DNA of 64,000 nucleotides, taken from contig JAYWIR010000004.1 of NCBI GenBank assembly GCA_036172245.1, forward strand, positions 186,001-250,000, written 5' to 3'. The stretch's first letter is position 1, and each line of letters opens with the position of its first letter. The DNA is from Raillietiella orientalis. Lineage: Eukaryota. Positions 10,207 to 21,363 of the stretch are shown here, piece after piece. Position numbers and translations under genes: made by a program. The notes beneath the pieces were generated by a model. It made no database searches. It saw only the letters and a list, made by a program, of their open reading frames with translations, and was not told where the DNA came from.

Positions 10207-13200
10207 ATGCTGCTGCCTACACTGTCGCTCCCAGACGCCCTGTGCGCCACTCTCCTGCTCGCTGTCCTCCTCCTCTGGGCATCTATCCTGATCCTGCGGT
10301 CTCGCGGAGGCTTGCTTCCTCCAGGGCCGCCCTCTCTACCCGTAGTGGGCTACCTCCCGTTTCTCGACCCCAAGTTTCCTTACAAGACGCTGTCCGAGCT
10401 CGCGGACAAGTATGGCCCCGTGTACGGGGTCCGCCTGGGTGGGGTGTACGCCGTGGTTCTGGCCGATGCTGCGCTGGTGAGGAAGGCCTTCTTCCAGGAG
10501 TCCTTCAACGGGCGCAGCTCACTGCTGCTGACCCACCAGCTGCTGGGAGGCAGAGGTGCGTGCGCAGGAAACGGGACCTAGCAGAGAGAATCCACTCCTC
10601 CTCACAGGTCTCATCTGGTCACAGGGGAACACCTGGAGGCAGCAGAGGAAGATGGCCGTCGACTTCCTGGGTTCCCACACAAAGCCCAGGAGAAGCTTCT
10701 CCGACCGCCTGAAGGACGTGGTTGACGAGGAGGTCGCGGAGTTCCTCCAGGTATGGTCAGAGGATTCCTCTTCTCCACGTCACCCCTCTTGCGAAGGAGG
10801 GGTGCTTTCTGGGGGCTCCTATCTCCCGAGGGCTGTTTTTCCCAGGACCTGGATGCACGCGGGCAGCTCGGCCCCGTGGACGTAGGCGACAGGCTGAAGG
10901 TGCCGCTGTCCAACATCATCTGCCAGATCGTGTTCGGGAGGCGGTTCCCGGAGGACGACCCCTGGGGGAAGAGGCAGCTGTATCTGACGGAGCAGGGGGT
11001 CCGGTACGCGGCTGTCGCGGGAGTCCTCAACTTCTTGCCTTTCCTGAGGTGAGGGCAAGGGAACTGGGAGAGGTCCACGCGACCCGCCGAGAGGAGGCAT
11101 CGCGGGACTGCCCCACGGACCTCTTCCAGGTGGCTGCCCCGCTTCCGTCGCATCTACAACTTTATGAGGAGTGGCATCCGTGAGACTCACGAAGTGTACC
11201 GGAAGCTCATTGGCGAACACAAGGCGGAAGAAGGGATCCAAGACTTCATCGACCACTACCTGTCCCAGATGGGTAGCGGCGGCGGCGAGGGGTGGATGTC
11301 CGTTCCGGACCTCTGCGCTATCCTCGGGGACTTCTTTGGCGCAGGGACGGACACCGTGAAGACCACCCTGTCTTGGCTCTTCCTGTTCGTGGCCCGGAAT
11401 CCGGATGTCCAGGTAGCGCCCTCCCGAGCCTCCTGCGCACGCGGCTGGCGCAGTCCTCGCTTACGTTCTCGGGAGAGAGCGGCTCCTCCACCGTCCACCC
11501 ACATCCCCACTCCTCTCGCCCCGAAACGATTGATCACCAACCTTTGGAATGCGCTCTGAAGCGTGCCTCTTCCCTTCCAGAGACGACTCCAGGAAGAGAT
11601 CGACTCCCAGGTTCCGAGGACGCGCCATCCTGTGCCGGAGGATATGCCTCACCTTCCGTACACGGAGGCTACCATCATGGAAGGCCAGCGCCTTGGCAAC
11701 GTCGTGCCTCTGGGAGCTCCTCACGCGACCATGGAGGTGCAGCCTTATGCCCACATCGCGCGCGCACGTGCGCGCGCCTGCTGGTCTGCGCCCGCGGTGC
11801 TTGCGGGAAGACGGGCAGCGGAAGGAGCAGCTGGCAGGACTCGAAGCGCGAGTGGTACTCCCTGTTGGTCGCGTGGACACGAGGCTGCGAGGGACGGCCA
11901 GTCTCGGAGGGGGGGTTGGAAGAAAGCACCCCCCAAAGGGGCAGCGAGCGCGAGGTGGCGGAGATAGCTCGGCGGCGCAGCCTCCACGGGGTGGGGGTGG
12001 GGACGCGGCGGTGCCCTCACGCTGCGCTAGAGGGGTCTGCCGCCGATACTATGTCTACACGATGCCCGCGGGTGGAAATCCGATCCGATCCACTCGAGAG
12101 GAGTCCGGACGTGCCAGAGAAGTTCTGGACCTCCCGGCGCTCGCTTTCCCACGGTAAGCATCTCGGCCCGAAACGCTTCCGGCAGGACAGCGAGCTCCTT
12201 GGGGTCGCTTTCGCCACCACGCCACCCCGCGCGCGAAAGGATGCTGTTGGGTGCCCCCGCAGTTCCTGCCACTATCCTTGCTGATCCTGGAAACCCGAGA
12301 CGGCGCTGCTTCGGGATAGTAGATGGTCGCCGGCATTGGAATCGGCTTAGGGCCCACCCATTTGTTGCTAATGTTGACCCCACGCTCTCCATCGTGCATT
12401 GGGCTGCGTGTCGCAGGAGATGTACAGTGCTGGAGCAGACGTGCGTGTGTGTGTTGGGGTAGCCCCCCCCACAGGCGGATCCCGTACATGGAGCCGTAGG
12501 TGTCCGCGACCTCGGGCAGGGTCTTGCGGGGACGCTTGGGGTCGAGAAACAGGAAGCAGAGAGAGCGCCTCCGGATGATTGCGACCCTGTGTACGGGTGC
12601 TCCCGGTCCAGAAGAGGAGAGCCGCGAGCGGGATGATGGCGGTGGCGCGTCTGCTGCTGCAGGCGGCGTGTGGCGGGATGTCGAAACCGACGTAGGAAGA
12701 GTTATCATCTGGAAATGGCTCCACCCTGCGAGCTCGGGGAAGTGCAGGGGTTGTCGGAACGTGGCCGCCCGTTCCGCAAGACGACGGAGGCGCTTGCCTG
12801 AGACCGCGGGGAACCTCCGTAAGGGCGAAGCACTTTGTCTGCCGTCTCTCCTGGACGGTAGCGGACATCTTGCCAGCCTCTTGCCTGGACGGTGGAGAGA
12901 ATCCTCGCTGTTTCTGAGCGCGGGAAGCAGGGGGCGGGGGGGGGGGACGGATCAGTTTTTGCCCGGAGGGCGTCAGGGAGCTGCGTTGCCTGTCTGCGCC
13001 GGCGACCGGTTCTTTCGCGCCGGCTGTCGGCTTCGCGAGGCAGGCAGGCAGGTTCCACGCTCCGCAGTGAGGCGGCTACTCGGTGCGCTCCGGCCCCACA
13101 GCGACTTCTCACGGATGGGGGCAGGTTTGCCTCGGGGGGGGGGGGGGGGGGAAGGGGTCTGCATCGCAGGCACCGCCGCTTCCCTCGCGATCCTCCGCAA

Positions 13201-13752
13201 CCCACGGGAAGGGGAACGGGGGGATGCAGAGGTCCGGGCGACTGCTCCCGCGGGAATGTGCGGCGGCGATTGCTCCTTGGGCTTCGGATGATTGAAATTT
13301 TCTTCCATTTCCAGAAGACATCACTGGCGGGCTTCAGCATCCCGGCGAACGCCATGATCATCCCGCTGCTCTGGAAGATCCACATGGACCCATCGACTTG
13401 GCACGACCCGTGGCGGTTCGATCCGACGCGCTTCCTCAGCGAGAAGGGGGAGGTGCAAAAGCCCGACTACTTCCTGCCGTTCAGCACGGGTGAGTTGGGA
13501 GTGCCGCCGCTTCCCGGTCCGAGCGGCCGCGCGGGGAGGATCTGGGAGATCTGCTCTGCCGCAGGGAAGAGGAGGTGCATCGGGGAGAACGTGGCCAGGA
13601 GGAGCATCTTCGTCTTTCTGACGTCGGTGCTGCAGCGGTACATCGTCGCCCTGGAGGATGAGGGCGTCCTGGAACACTCCCCGGAGTATGGGTTCACGCT
13701 GAGCCCACCCGCATACAGGGTGGTGCTGAAGGAGCGAAGCCTTTCCGACTAA
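10207..13752 (+). CDS. phm: Cytochrome P450 CYP306A1 (phantom)-like, ecdysteroid 25-hydroxylase; 7 exons: 10207-10555, 10608-10750, 10846-11048, 11130-11412, 11581-11736, 13315-13489, 13565-13752 (498 aa)
   Basis: All introns are GT..AG and the joined frame is open. Motifs: TM anchor then PPGP hinge; C-helix WRQQR; I-helix GDFFGAGTDTV; K-helix EGQR; PERF-like FDPTRF; heme FSTGKRRCIG. The N-terminal FLDPKFPYKTLSELADKYGPVYG...GRSSLLLTHQLLGGRGLI resembles the phantom pattern (LDPK.P..TL..L...YGP.YG...GRAPLYLTHGIM.G.G), and adjacency to CYP18A1 matches known phm/Cyp18a1 microsynteny. P450 identity is near certain; orthology rests on motifs plus synteny. Confidence 0.85.
12462..12722 (-). pseudogene. 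Degenerate inverted duplicate of phantom exon 1 nested in phantom intron 5
   Basis: The minus strand reads MITLPTSVS.. / ..PHAAC..ATAIIPLAALLFW.. / ..FLDPKRPRKTLPEVADTYGSMYGIRLWGG in shifting frames, versus exon 1 MLLPTLSLPDALCATLLLAVLLLW..FLDPKFPYKTLSELADKYGPVYGVRLGG. The 78-nt core has 14 mismatches by hand count (~82%); frameshifted and truncated. Confidence 0.88.
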
Positions 13753-14098
13753 GGGCGTTTCCGGAGGACGGACTCGCTTCCTGCAGCGGCGTCCTTCCTT
13801 CCCGTCCTTGTCCCGCCGCCGCTCCGTTCGGCGGCGACACCTTGCTGCCAGCGGCATCCGTCCCGGCGCGGGCGCTGCCGAGGTGTCTTCCTGCTCCTCC
13901 TCCGTGCCCCGGAGGCGGGATGTCTGGTCGTTTGGTTGCCGCTGCTGCTCCCGGTCGGCCACAGCAGCCACGGTCCACCCGGAGGCTGCTGCCTCGCGGT
14001 CGCTGGGCGGCGGTCTTCTCTGGTGAAATGCTGTTCCTGCTGTGCAGTCCGGGACCCCCCCCCCCCAAAAAAAAAAAGAAAAAAAAAGAACAAGAAAA

Positions 14099-14104
14099 AA
14101 TAAA
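14099..14104 (+). terminator. Putative polyadenylation signal for phantom
   Basis: First AATAAA seen after the phantom stop, ~350 nt downstream, at the end of an A-rich tract. Confidence 0.4.
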
Positions 14105-14523
14105 GGTGGAAGAGAGGAACTCTGGGCTCACAGCAGGTATGGGTATATGGCGAAGGCGGGCTCTCGGTGAGGAGGGGGGCCTAGCGCGCGCGCGATTTAC
14201 TTTTCTGAGACTTCCCGAAGTGTTCTAGGGAGCCTGCTTAGCTCCTGCTGCAGCGGAACGAAGGGGGGAGTGGCACGTGGGCGCGCGCTCCTTGGTTTTT
14301 GGACGGACTCGCAAACTGCGCCTGCAGCTTCTCCTTCTTCTCTCCCTCCCCTCCTTCTCCCTTCCCGAAATGCCACAGCGGTCTGATGGGCGAAGCGTCC
14401 GGCGGTCCGCCGCCGCGCTACCGAACGACTGCGGGTTCGAACCCCGCTGAAGACACCCAATTCCCCGAACCCCCGCAGCTCCTTCCCCTGAAGCCAGCTG
14501 TTCACCACCTGTCGCTTTAGATG

Positions 14524-14529
14524 TTTATT
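14524..14529 (-). terminator. Putative polyadenylation signal for CYP18A1
   Basis: Minus-strand AATAAA (+ strand TTTATT) ~310 nt downstream of the CYP18A1 stop. Confidence 0.5.
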
Positions 14530-14840
14530 TACTAAATATGTCTTCTTTTTTTTTCCTTCGTCCTTTTTTTTTTTTTTTTTTTTTCTTCTGTTTGAATATG
14601 GCACACGCAGAGATATGAATAGAACGGTTGCACTCGTGGAGGAGCGGTGCTCTCGTTCCGGCGGAACGGTTGACGTCATCGGAGGAGAATTCTTTCCCTC
14701 GCAGATCGTCCGGGAGAGGGGGAGGCGTGGAGAGAGAAGGGACGGCGGGGGGGGAGGGGGAGGGAGAGGAGAGGAGAGGCGGGCGCGGTCCTCGCTCGAG
14801 TCTTCGCGGCCGGTTCGCTGCTCGTGGCGCCCCCGCCGAA

Positions 14841-16529
14841 TCAGAGCAAGATCTCCATGGAGCAGCCCGATGTTCCGTGGAGGTTCTCGATCTGGCTGAT
14901 TCTTTGCACGTCTCTAGGAATGCACTTGACCTACACGCACAGGGAGAGAGGCGTCAGAGGAGCGCAACGGTGCAGGGTCTCTCTGCTCCTCTTCCCCCTC
15001 CCCTCTTTCTCCTCCCGCGGGCGCCCCAACCGCCGCCCCGGCCGGGTTCCCCTCACCTGGAACGGCTGGGGCTTGATCGTCGCCCCGAACTGGGCGTCGG
15101 TGTTGGGGAGCGGGGCGTCCTCGGACGCAGAGACCCGGAACACGTGTAGCAGGGAGCTGAAGAACAGAAAGATCTCCATCCGCGCCAGCGTGTCGCCGAG
15201 GCACATCCTCCTTCCTGGGGAGGAGGAAAGAAACCGCTCGAGCTCGCTCGGAGCTTTGTTGGGTCCGCACCGACCTACTCCGAAGGGCATGAACCACTTG
15301 GGCTTCACTATCTTCCCGTCCTTGGACAGGAACCTCCTGGGCTCGAATTTCTCCGGCTGGTCCCATATGGAGTTGTCCATGTGGACCGCCCAGAGCAGGG
15401 GTACCACGTATGTGTCGGAAGGAAGCCGAAACTCCCCCAGGGAGACCGGCCTGAAAGGTGAGAAAGTTGTATAGGAGAGGTGCGGCATTATCGGGAGCAC
15501 TGACTTGGTCGTCGCGTGCATGGTCCCCAGTCCGACCACGGTGCACCTCCTCATGACCTCCAGGATGGTGGCCTCCGTGAAGGGCAGGTAGGGAAGGTCC
15601 TCAAGAGTGGGCAGGCGCGACCGGCCCACAACCGTGTCCAACTCCTTCTGCACTTCGCTCTGAACGTCAGGGTGCTTCAGGATGAACAGAATGGCCCAGA
15701 GCAGGGTGGTCTTCACGGTCTCCTGACCCGCGGTGAAGAGGTCTCCCATGATCTGGCAGAGTTGCTTTTCTGGAAGCGCGGAGGGACAGGGAAGAAGAGA
15801 ACGCAGCGAGTTTCCGGTAGGGAGGAAAGGGAGGGAGGGGAAGAAACCGAAAGTCATGAAACTCTTGCAGAGGGTGCTTCAGCTCACCAGGGTCCTTTCC
15901 CGAGAAGACTTCGTTCTCCGTCCCGTTTGACTTGGCCGTGTTGATCTCGTTGATGTAGGCGTCCATGAGGTCTCTGATGGAGTTGGGATCGAAGGATTTC
16001 TTGTGCATCAGAACGATCTCCTCGATGAAACCGGCCATCTCGGCTTTGTTCTGGAAAACGGCCGCTGGTCGTCGTCGTCGTCGCTCGGTTCCGGGAAGTC
16101 GGGGGTGGGGGAGGAAGGACCAAAGGAAGAGGAGGGGGAAGGGGAAGTCGCTCACCTTCATCAGCTGGTTGTACGCCTTGTTGACGAAGGGCAGGTACTT
16201 GAAGGCGGGCACGTAGTTGACGATGCTGGCCACAGAGAAGAGCCGGAAGCCTTCGTCGATCAGGTAGAGGAACCTGCGCAGTTGCTTGTTGTCCTCGCGG
16301 AACCTCACGGACATGATGAGAGCGGATATCACGTTGCTGATGCACGTGGAGATGGGGACGCTGAGGTCACAGGGCTTCGATGCCAGCTGCGCTACGCTGC
16401 CCAGGAAGCATTCGATTTCGCTCTGCAATGACCAACGGGGGAGAGAGGGTGGGTGACGGTGAGAACGACTTTCCGAAGGGTGTGGAGTTCTTGTGCGCGC
16501 GCCTTTCCGTCTTCCAGAGAGAGAGGGAA

Positions 16530-16561
<32 letters not shown>

Positions 16562-16575
16562 GGAGAGAGAGGGAA

Positions 16576-16607
<32 letters not shown>

Positions 16608-16609
16608 GG

Positions 16610-16641
<32 letters not shown>

Positions 16642-17666
16642 AGAGGGAGAGAGGGAGAGAGGGAGAGAGAGAGAGGGAGTATCAGAGAACAACAACAACG
16701 GAACAAGCAGACACCACACACACTCGAGAGAAAGCTCAACAGGAGCGGCTATAGCAACACTGCGGATGGAAAATGGGAAGGAAGGGAGCAAAGGGGGGGG
16801 GGGGAGGGAAGGTCTCGCGCGCGCCTGGAAACCGCGGCGAGCTAGCCAACCCCCTCCCCTCATTCTCCTTCCCATCCCGGAAAGGACGAAAAGGAAAAAG
16901 AAGAAGAAAAGGCAAGGAAGCGGCAGCATCACCTACCAGAATTTTCGATTCGATCTTCCCGGCGTACGAAACTCCCAGCTCGCGCAGCCTTAGATGCAAG
17001 AACTTCCTCTGGTCCTTCCAAAGCTTCCCTTCGGAATTGATGATCCCTGCAAAGGAAAAAAAAAGGCCCGTGCAGATTTCAGCCGGAATGATCCACTCCG
17101 CCGCCACCTTCGCCCCGCCTGATTTCGACCCCGGCCTTCCTCCTCCCCCCCGTCCTTCCTTGACCGCGGATGGCGACGAGAGTACCGCGGTCACAGCGGC
17201 CGATCCCGAGACTCCCGGGAAGCTTAAGACCCAGAGTCGACCAATCGAGGAAGAAGAAAACACGCACAGAGAGAAGAAAAAAAAATGCTAAAGACTCACC
17301 GTAACCATCCAGGATCTGTGTGAATCCGGAACTCGGTCGTCCAGAAAACTCTTCTCTCCTGAACGCCTCTCGGATAAGGTCGTGCCTTCCGAGTATCACC
17401 ACCGTCTTGTTGCCGAGGCGGATGCTGAAGAATCCTCCGTACTTCTTGGAGAGGTTCGTGAGCTTCAGATGAATGTCCTTCCTGAGGAACGGCAGGTAGC
17501 CGAGGATGGGCAGTCCATAGGGACCAGGGGGCAGCTTCTCGTTATTTTGGGAGTACATCAGGTACAGTCTAACCAGGAGCACCACCACTGCGAACACCAG
17601 CGCGAGCCTGACGTCGTTGACGGACAGCAGAGGTGCGATTTGCGAGGCGACAGCCGAGATCGCCAT
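14841..17666 (-). CDS. Cyp18a1: Cytochrome P450 CYP18A1-like, ecdysteroid 26-hydroxylase; 8 exons: 17666-17300, 17046-16937, 16422-16156, 16050-15888, 15769-15505, 15450-15275, 15214-15057, 14930-14841 (531 aa)
   Basis: GT..AG introns give an open frame from MAISAVASQ to MEILL*. Motifs: LPPGPYGLPILGYLPF; GYGIINSEGKLWKDQRKFLH; I-helix GDLFTAGQETVKTTLLW; K-helix EVMRR; FEPRRF; heme PFGVGRRMCLGDTLARMEIFLFF, very close to the insect Cyp18a1 signature as I recall it. Confidence 0.92.
16517..16678. repeat. (GA)n microsatellite in CYP18A1 intron 2
   Basis: About 160 bp of nearly pure GA/GGGA/GAAA purine repeat. Confidence 0.95.
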
Positions 17667-17889
17667 ATCACAGCCGAATAAAAAAAATAAAAAAAAATGG
17701 AAAAAAATCAAAAAAAAAAAAAAATGAAAAGGATGCCGATCTTTCACTCGATTTCTATTTGGCAGGAACGCTCGATCCGATCAAGATCGCTAGCAGGGAA
17801 GAGGGACAACTACCACCGTCGAGGGAGTCTGCCTCCGGAGCAGCATGTTACCAAGACACGTGACCGATCGTATTTGGATTAAAGGAGGA

Positions 17890-17924
17890 TTCTGATACCC
17901 ATCTTCTGTCCGAGGTCTTTTATA
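17890..17924 (-). promoter_or_regulatory. CYP18A1 core promoter: TATA box plus initiator, TSS near 17893
   Basis: Minus-strand TATAAAAG at 17924-17917 and Inr-like TCAGAA with its A at 17893, 31 nt downstream (canonical arthropod spacing); about 227 nt upstream of the ATG. Confidence 0.65.
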
Positions 17925-18701
17925 CGAGACTGATAATTATGTTTTTTTGCTTTAAGGGAGGTACCAAGTCAGGTTAACCTTCGCCGTTTCATCAATGACA
18001 GCGTGACGTCACCTGCAGGCCCGACCTATCGATTACTAGATCTTTGATCAATTACGCGAGAAAAACGCGGGGAGATGTGCGGCCGGTTGGCATCGCATTG
18101 TAAAGGTGGATCGACCAATAGAAGGCGTCCGGGAGCGCGCGCGTCGGCCCTGCCCTCCCGCGAAACATTTCCCTTTGGTCATGCGACCACCGTCGCCCGT
18201 GGAGGATGGTGCTGCCTGCCCGACCGCGGCCTGTTCGCCGCGTTCCTGTTAGAAGCGCTCGGCGCTCCTTCGGCGCCGGGCGGCCGCTGCGGGCTGTGCG
18301 CGTGCGCCGAGGGCGGGCGGCGGCCGCGGCAGCGGTACCGTCAGGAGCAGAGAGGGAGCGCGTCAGCAGCGGCGACAAGGAGGCATCGGCGGCGTCGGCG
18401 TCGGCAGCGTCCTTGAAGGCGCCGGTATCCTGTCAACAAAATATGTTACCTAATCAAGTTCTTCTGGCTCGGAGGAAGGGAATAAATCAAAGAGCGCGCC
18501 ACCGTCCTCCGGGGGCGTTCCACCTGCCGAATAAATCAAAGTTCCTCCAAGGTGCGCTTCTGCGCGCACGCGCGCGCTCCGAACGGGTCGCGGGATCGTC
18601 GGGTTTCCCCGAACGTCGGAAGGGGGAGGTGGTGGTCCCGAGGGGGTGCGAGGAGGCGGTCGGTCCCGTGGACGGAGCTGGCGGCCTGGTCGTCTGTCCA
18701 C

Positions 18702-18706
<5 letters not shown>

Positions 18707-18733
<27 letters not shown>

Positions 18734-18786
18734 GTTTCGCCCGCGAGCGGGGGGGCGACGGGGCAGCAGCAGCAGCAGCAGCAGCA
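18707..18786. repeat. (GCG)n and (CAG)n trinucleotide tracts
   Basis: Directly visible runs upstream of CYP18A1; similar (CCG)n/(CAG)n at ~20556-20612 and (CTG)n at ~21327-21363. Confidence 0.85.
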
Positions 18787-19043
18787 ACGAAGAAGGGGGG
18801 GGGGGGAGGGAAGGCGAGGGGGCGCGTATGCGGGCAGGCAGGGGAGACGGAACGAGCAACAGCACCAACCGCCTCTTGTCGCCTCCTCCGTCGTCGTCGC
18901 CGCAGTCTCTCCTCGAGCTGCGCGCGGGCGGTCGCTGTCGGTTCCTCCGCTCCTCCGCTGGCTCGCTCGCCCGCGCGCGCGTGCATGCAGGCTCGGGAAG
19001 TTTTTCGGTGCTCGCCGGACGACGCCTGCGAAAAAGACGACCG

Positions 19044-19056
19044 GGGTCGTTGACCT
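19044..19056. promoter_or_regulatory. Candidate ecdysone response element (IR1)
   Basis: GGGTCG-T-TGACCT: inverted nuclear-receptor half sites with a 1-nt spacer, ~1.15 kb upstream of the CYP18A1 TSS; Cyp18a1 is 20E-inducible in insects. Confidence 0.45.
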
Positions 19057-19249
19057 GAAGAGTCGGTAGCACAGAAAAGCTAAGAGCTGTGTTCGAATCA
19101 GTGCAATCGCTCTGGTGGTTCGTTCTTTCTTCTTCGTGGGTGCTTTTTTTTTTTTTTTTTTTCTTTTCTTTTTTTCCCGGTGGAGGGGGGGGGGGGAGGG
19201 GGAGGAGGAGGAAAGTCGCCGCTTTCCGGTGAAAACGTTGGATCGAGAA

Positions 19250-19304
<55 letters not shown>
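19250..19304. repeat. (GA)n microsatellite
   Basis: Near-pure GA run; a shorter one lies at ~19405-19438. Confidence 0.9.
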
Positions 19305-20543
19305 CAAGGCGCGCTCTCTGATCTTCCGTGTTGACGACGTGGGATGCTGCAGCCGGCTCCTCCAGTAACGCTGCCTCTGCTCCGAGAAACCGAGGGATGC
19401 AGAAAGAGAGCGAGAGAGAGAGAGAGAGAGAAAGAGAGGGGGACCCTCCTACATAATTATGCTGTGACCTTCATTTGGTGTTGGAAATAGGTTACATCTA
19501 GTAGAAATAGGTCGCCCTCTTCGTTTTTTGTTTTTTTTTTTCGTTTTATTCTTTTTCTTTTCCCGCGCGTTCTTTCCTAGCTGCAGGAGGAGGAAGAGGA
19601 GGAAGAGGGACAGAAGGACTTCTTTTGCTTCCTCTCCCTCCAGTTCTTCTTCTTCTGCTGCTGCTGCCGCCGCAACGGCAGCATCCGGCTGGCCGGACGT
19701 TCTGCCGGGACCGAACGCTCGAGCTGCGCGTTTTCGGAGGCAGCCGGCGCTACATCCTTGAGCTCTCCCCACTCCCGCCTCCTCGGCATTTTCGGGAGCG
19801 TCGCACGGCGCCTTCTGGACTTCGGCAGCTCGGCTATTCCTTCCGGTCGAGGGGCGACCGGGGTTGCAGCCTCGCATCCGGGGGAAGGCCAAATACCCGT
19901 CCCCCATGCCCAGACAAGGGCAACCGGGACAAAAGCGACGCTCCCTTCCCCTGGTCCTTCCTGGATGAAGAGGGGGGGGAAGGGAGGACGGGAAGCTTCC
20001 GAGTCTCTGCCCCCGAAGGAGCTGCGGCGGCATCGCTCGCCCGTCTCTCGTGTCGGGGCGCGTGTCGGGGCGGTGCGAGGGGAAAGGGGGGGGGGGGGAC
20101 GGGAAGGCCGCATCCTCCTCCCTCGATGCTCTTCTCGGGACGGGCGGACCGCCTCCGCCCTCTCCGGCGCTGCTGCTCACCTCCGTTGCGAGGATGGGCC
20201 GAGGAGCGCGCGCGCGCCCTCCCGCAGTCAGCTGCTCGGCGTGGGCCCGTTGCTCCACGCCCCCGCCAGCCGCCAGGAGACCTCCCGGGAGCCGGGGCAG
20301 TGGGTCGCCGGGCAGCCGACGGCCGCCTCCTCCTCCGCCGCCGCCGTCCACCTCGAGGCGCACCCCTACTGACGGCGGGGACTCTCCCCGCCGGGCTCGG
20401 GAGTGCCGGATCCGCGCGCGGTTTCCTCCTCCGCACTTGCGACTGAGCGCGCACGCCGGAAGGTGTCACGCTGCGCACGCGCCCAGGTCCGGTGCTTCAG
20501 TAACCCACAGCCGAGAGGCGAAGTTTTGTAACGAACGCGCCAG

Positions 20544-20556
20544 AGTTTATTGAACC
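20544..20556. promoter_or_regulatory. Second candidate ecdysone response element (IR1)
   Basis: AGTTTA-T-TGAACC (minus strand GGTTCAATAAACT), similar to the hsp27-type EcRE GGTTCAATGCACT. Confidence 0.35.
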
Positions 20557-21326
20557 AGCAGCAGTCGCCGCCGCCGCCGCCGCCGCCGCCGCAGCCGCAG
20601 CCGCAGCAGCAGCCACCTCTTCCAAACGCACGCGCGCGCGCGCGCCGCCCTTCACCCTTTTCTTCTTCACCTCCTTCGTTTTTTTTCTTCTTCCTCTCTC
20701 TCCGTCTCTCCCTCCCGCCATCTCTCTCTCTCTCTCTCGCTCCCCCCTCTCTCTCCTTCGTCTCTCTCTGTCCGCCAGGGGCGCGCTTTGCGGTGAGGCG
20801 GCCACGCCGCGCCGGCTCGGGACGGTTGCCATGAGGCGTTGCGCGACAACCGGGGCTCTCGCTGGCCTCGCGCTTCAACGTTCACCTCCCGGACCCCCTC
20901 CCCTTCCAGGCCTCATTCCCCACTCCTTCCTTCACCGACAGAGCGTGCCGGAACGTGCGGGAGCGACCTTCCGAGTGCCGGACTGGATCGAGAAGAAAAC
21001 GGGGGTGGGGGTGGTTGGGGGTCAGGGGAGAGGAGGGCGAGCGGGGAGATGGGGCGGCGCCGCCAGCAGCGACAGCGGCTGGGGCTTCGTGCGCTGGAGC
21101 CCGAGAGTTCCACGACCTCTTTGAACCCGTTGCAGATGAAAGTGAATCCGAGCCGCTCGTCCGGGCTAACGGGATCAAAAAAAGGAAAAAAAAATGTAGG
21201 TCCGTGCCGCGTGCGCCTCTCCCCCCACTTGCCTGCTTGCCATCGCGCGTGCGCCTGCGATACCACGCGCCGCCGCCATTTTCCCCCCTCTTTGTTCAAG
21301 CGCGCGTACGCTCGAGCCTTCCAGTG

Positions 21327-21363
<37 letters not shown>

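Noticed and set aside
16380..16993. Poly-ER and poly-SL ORFs, and the 421-aa ORF N-terminal extension
   Set aside because: Translations of the (GA)n microsatellite in CYP18A1 intron 2.
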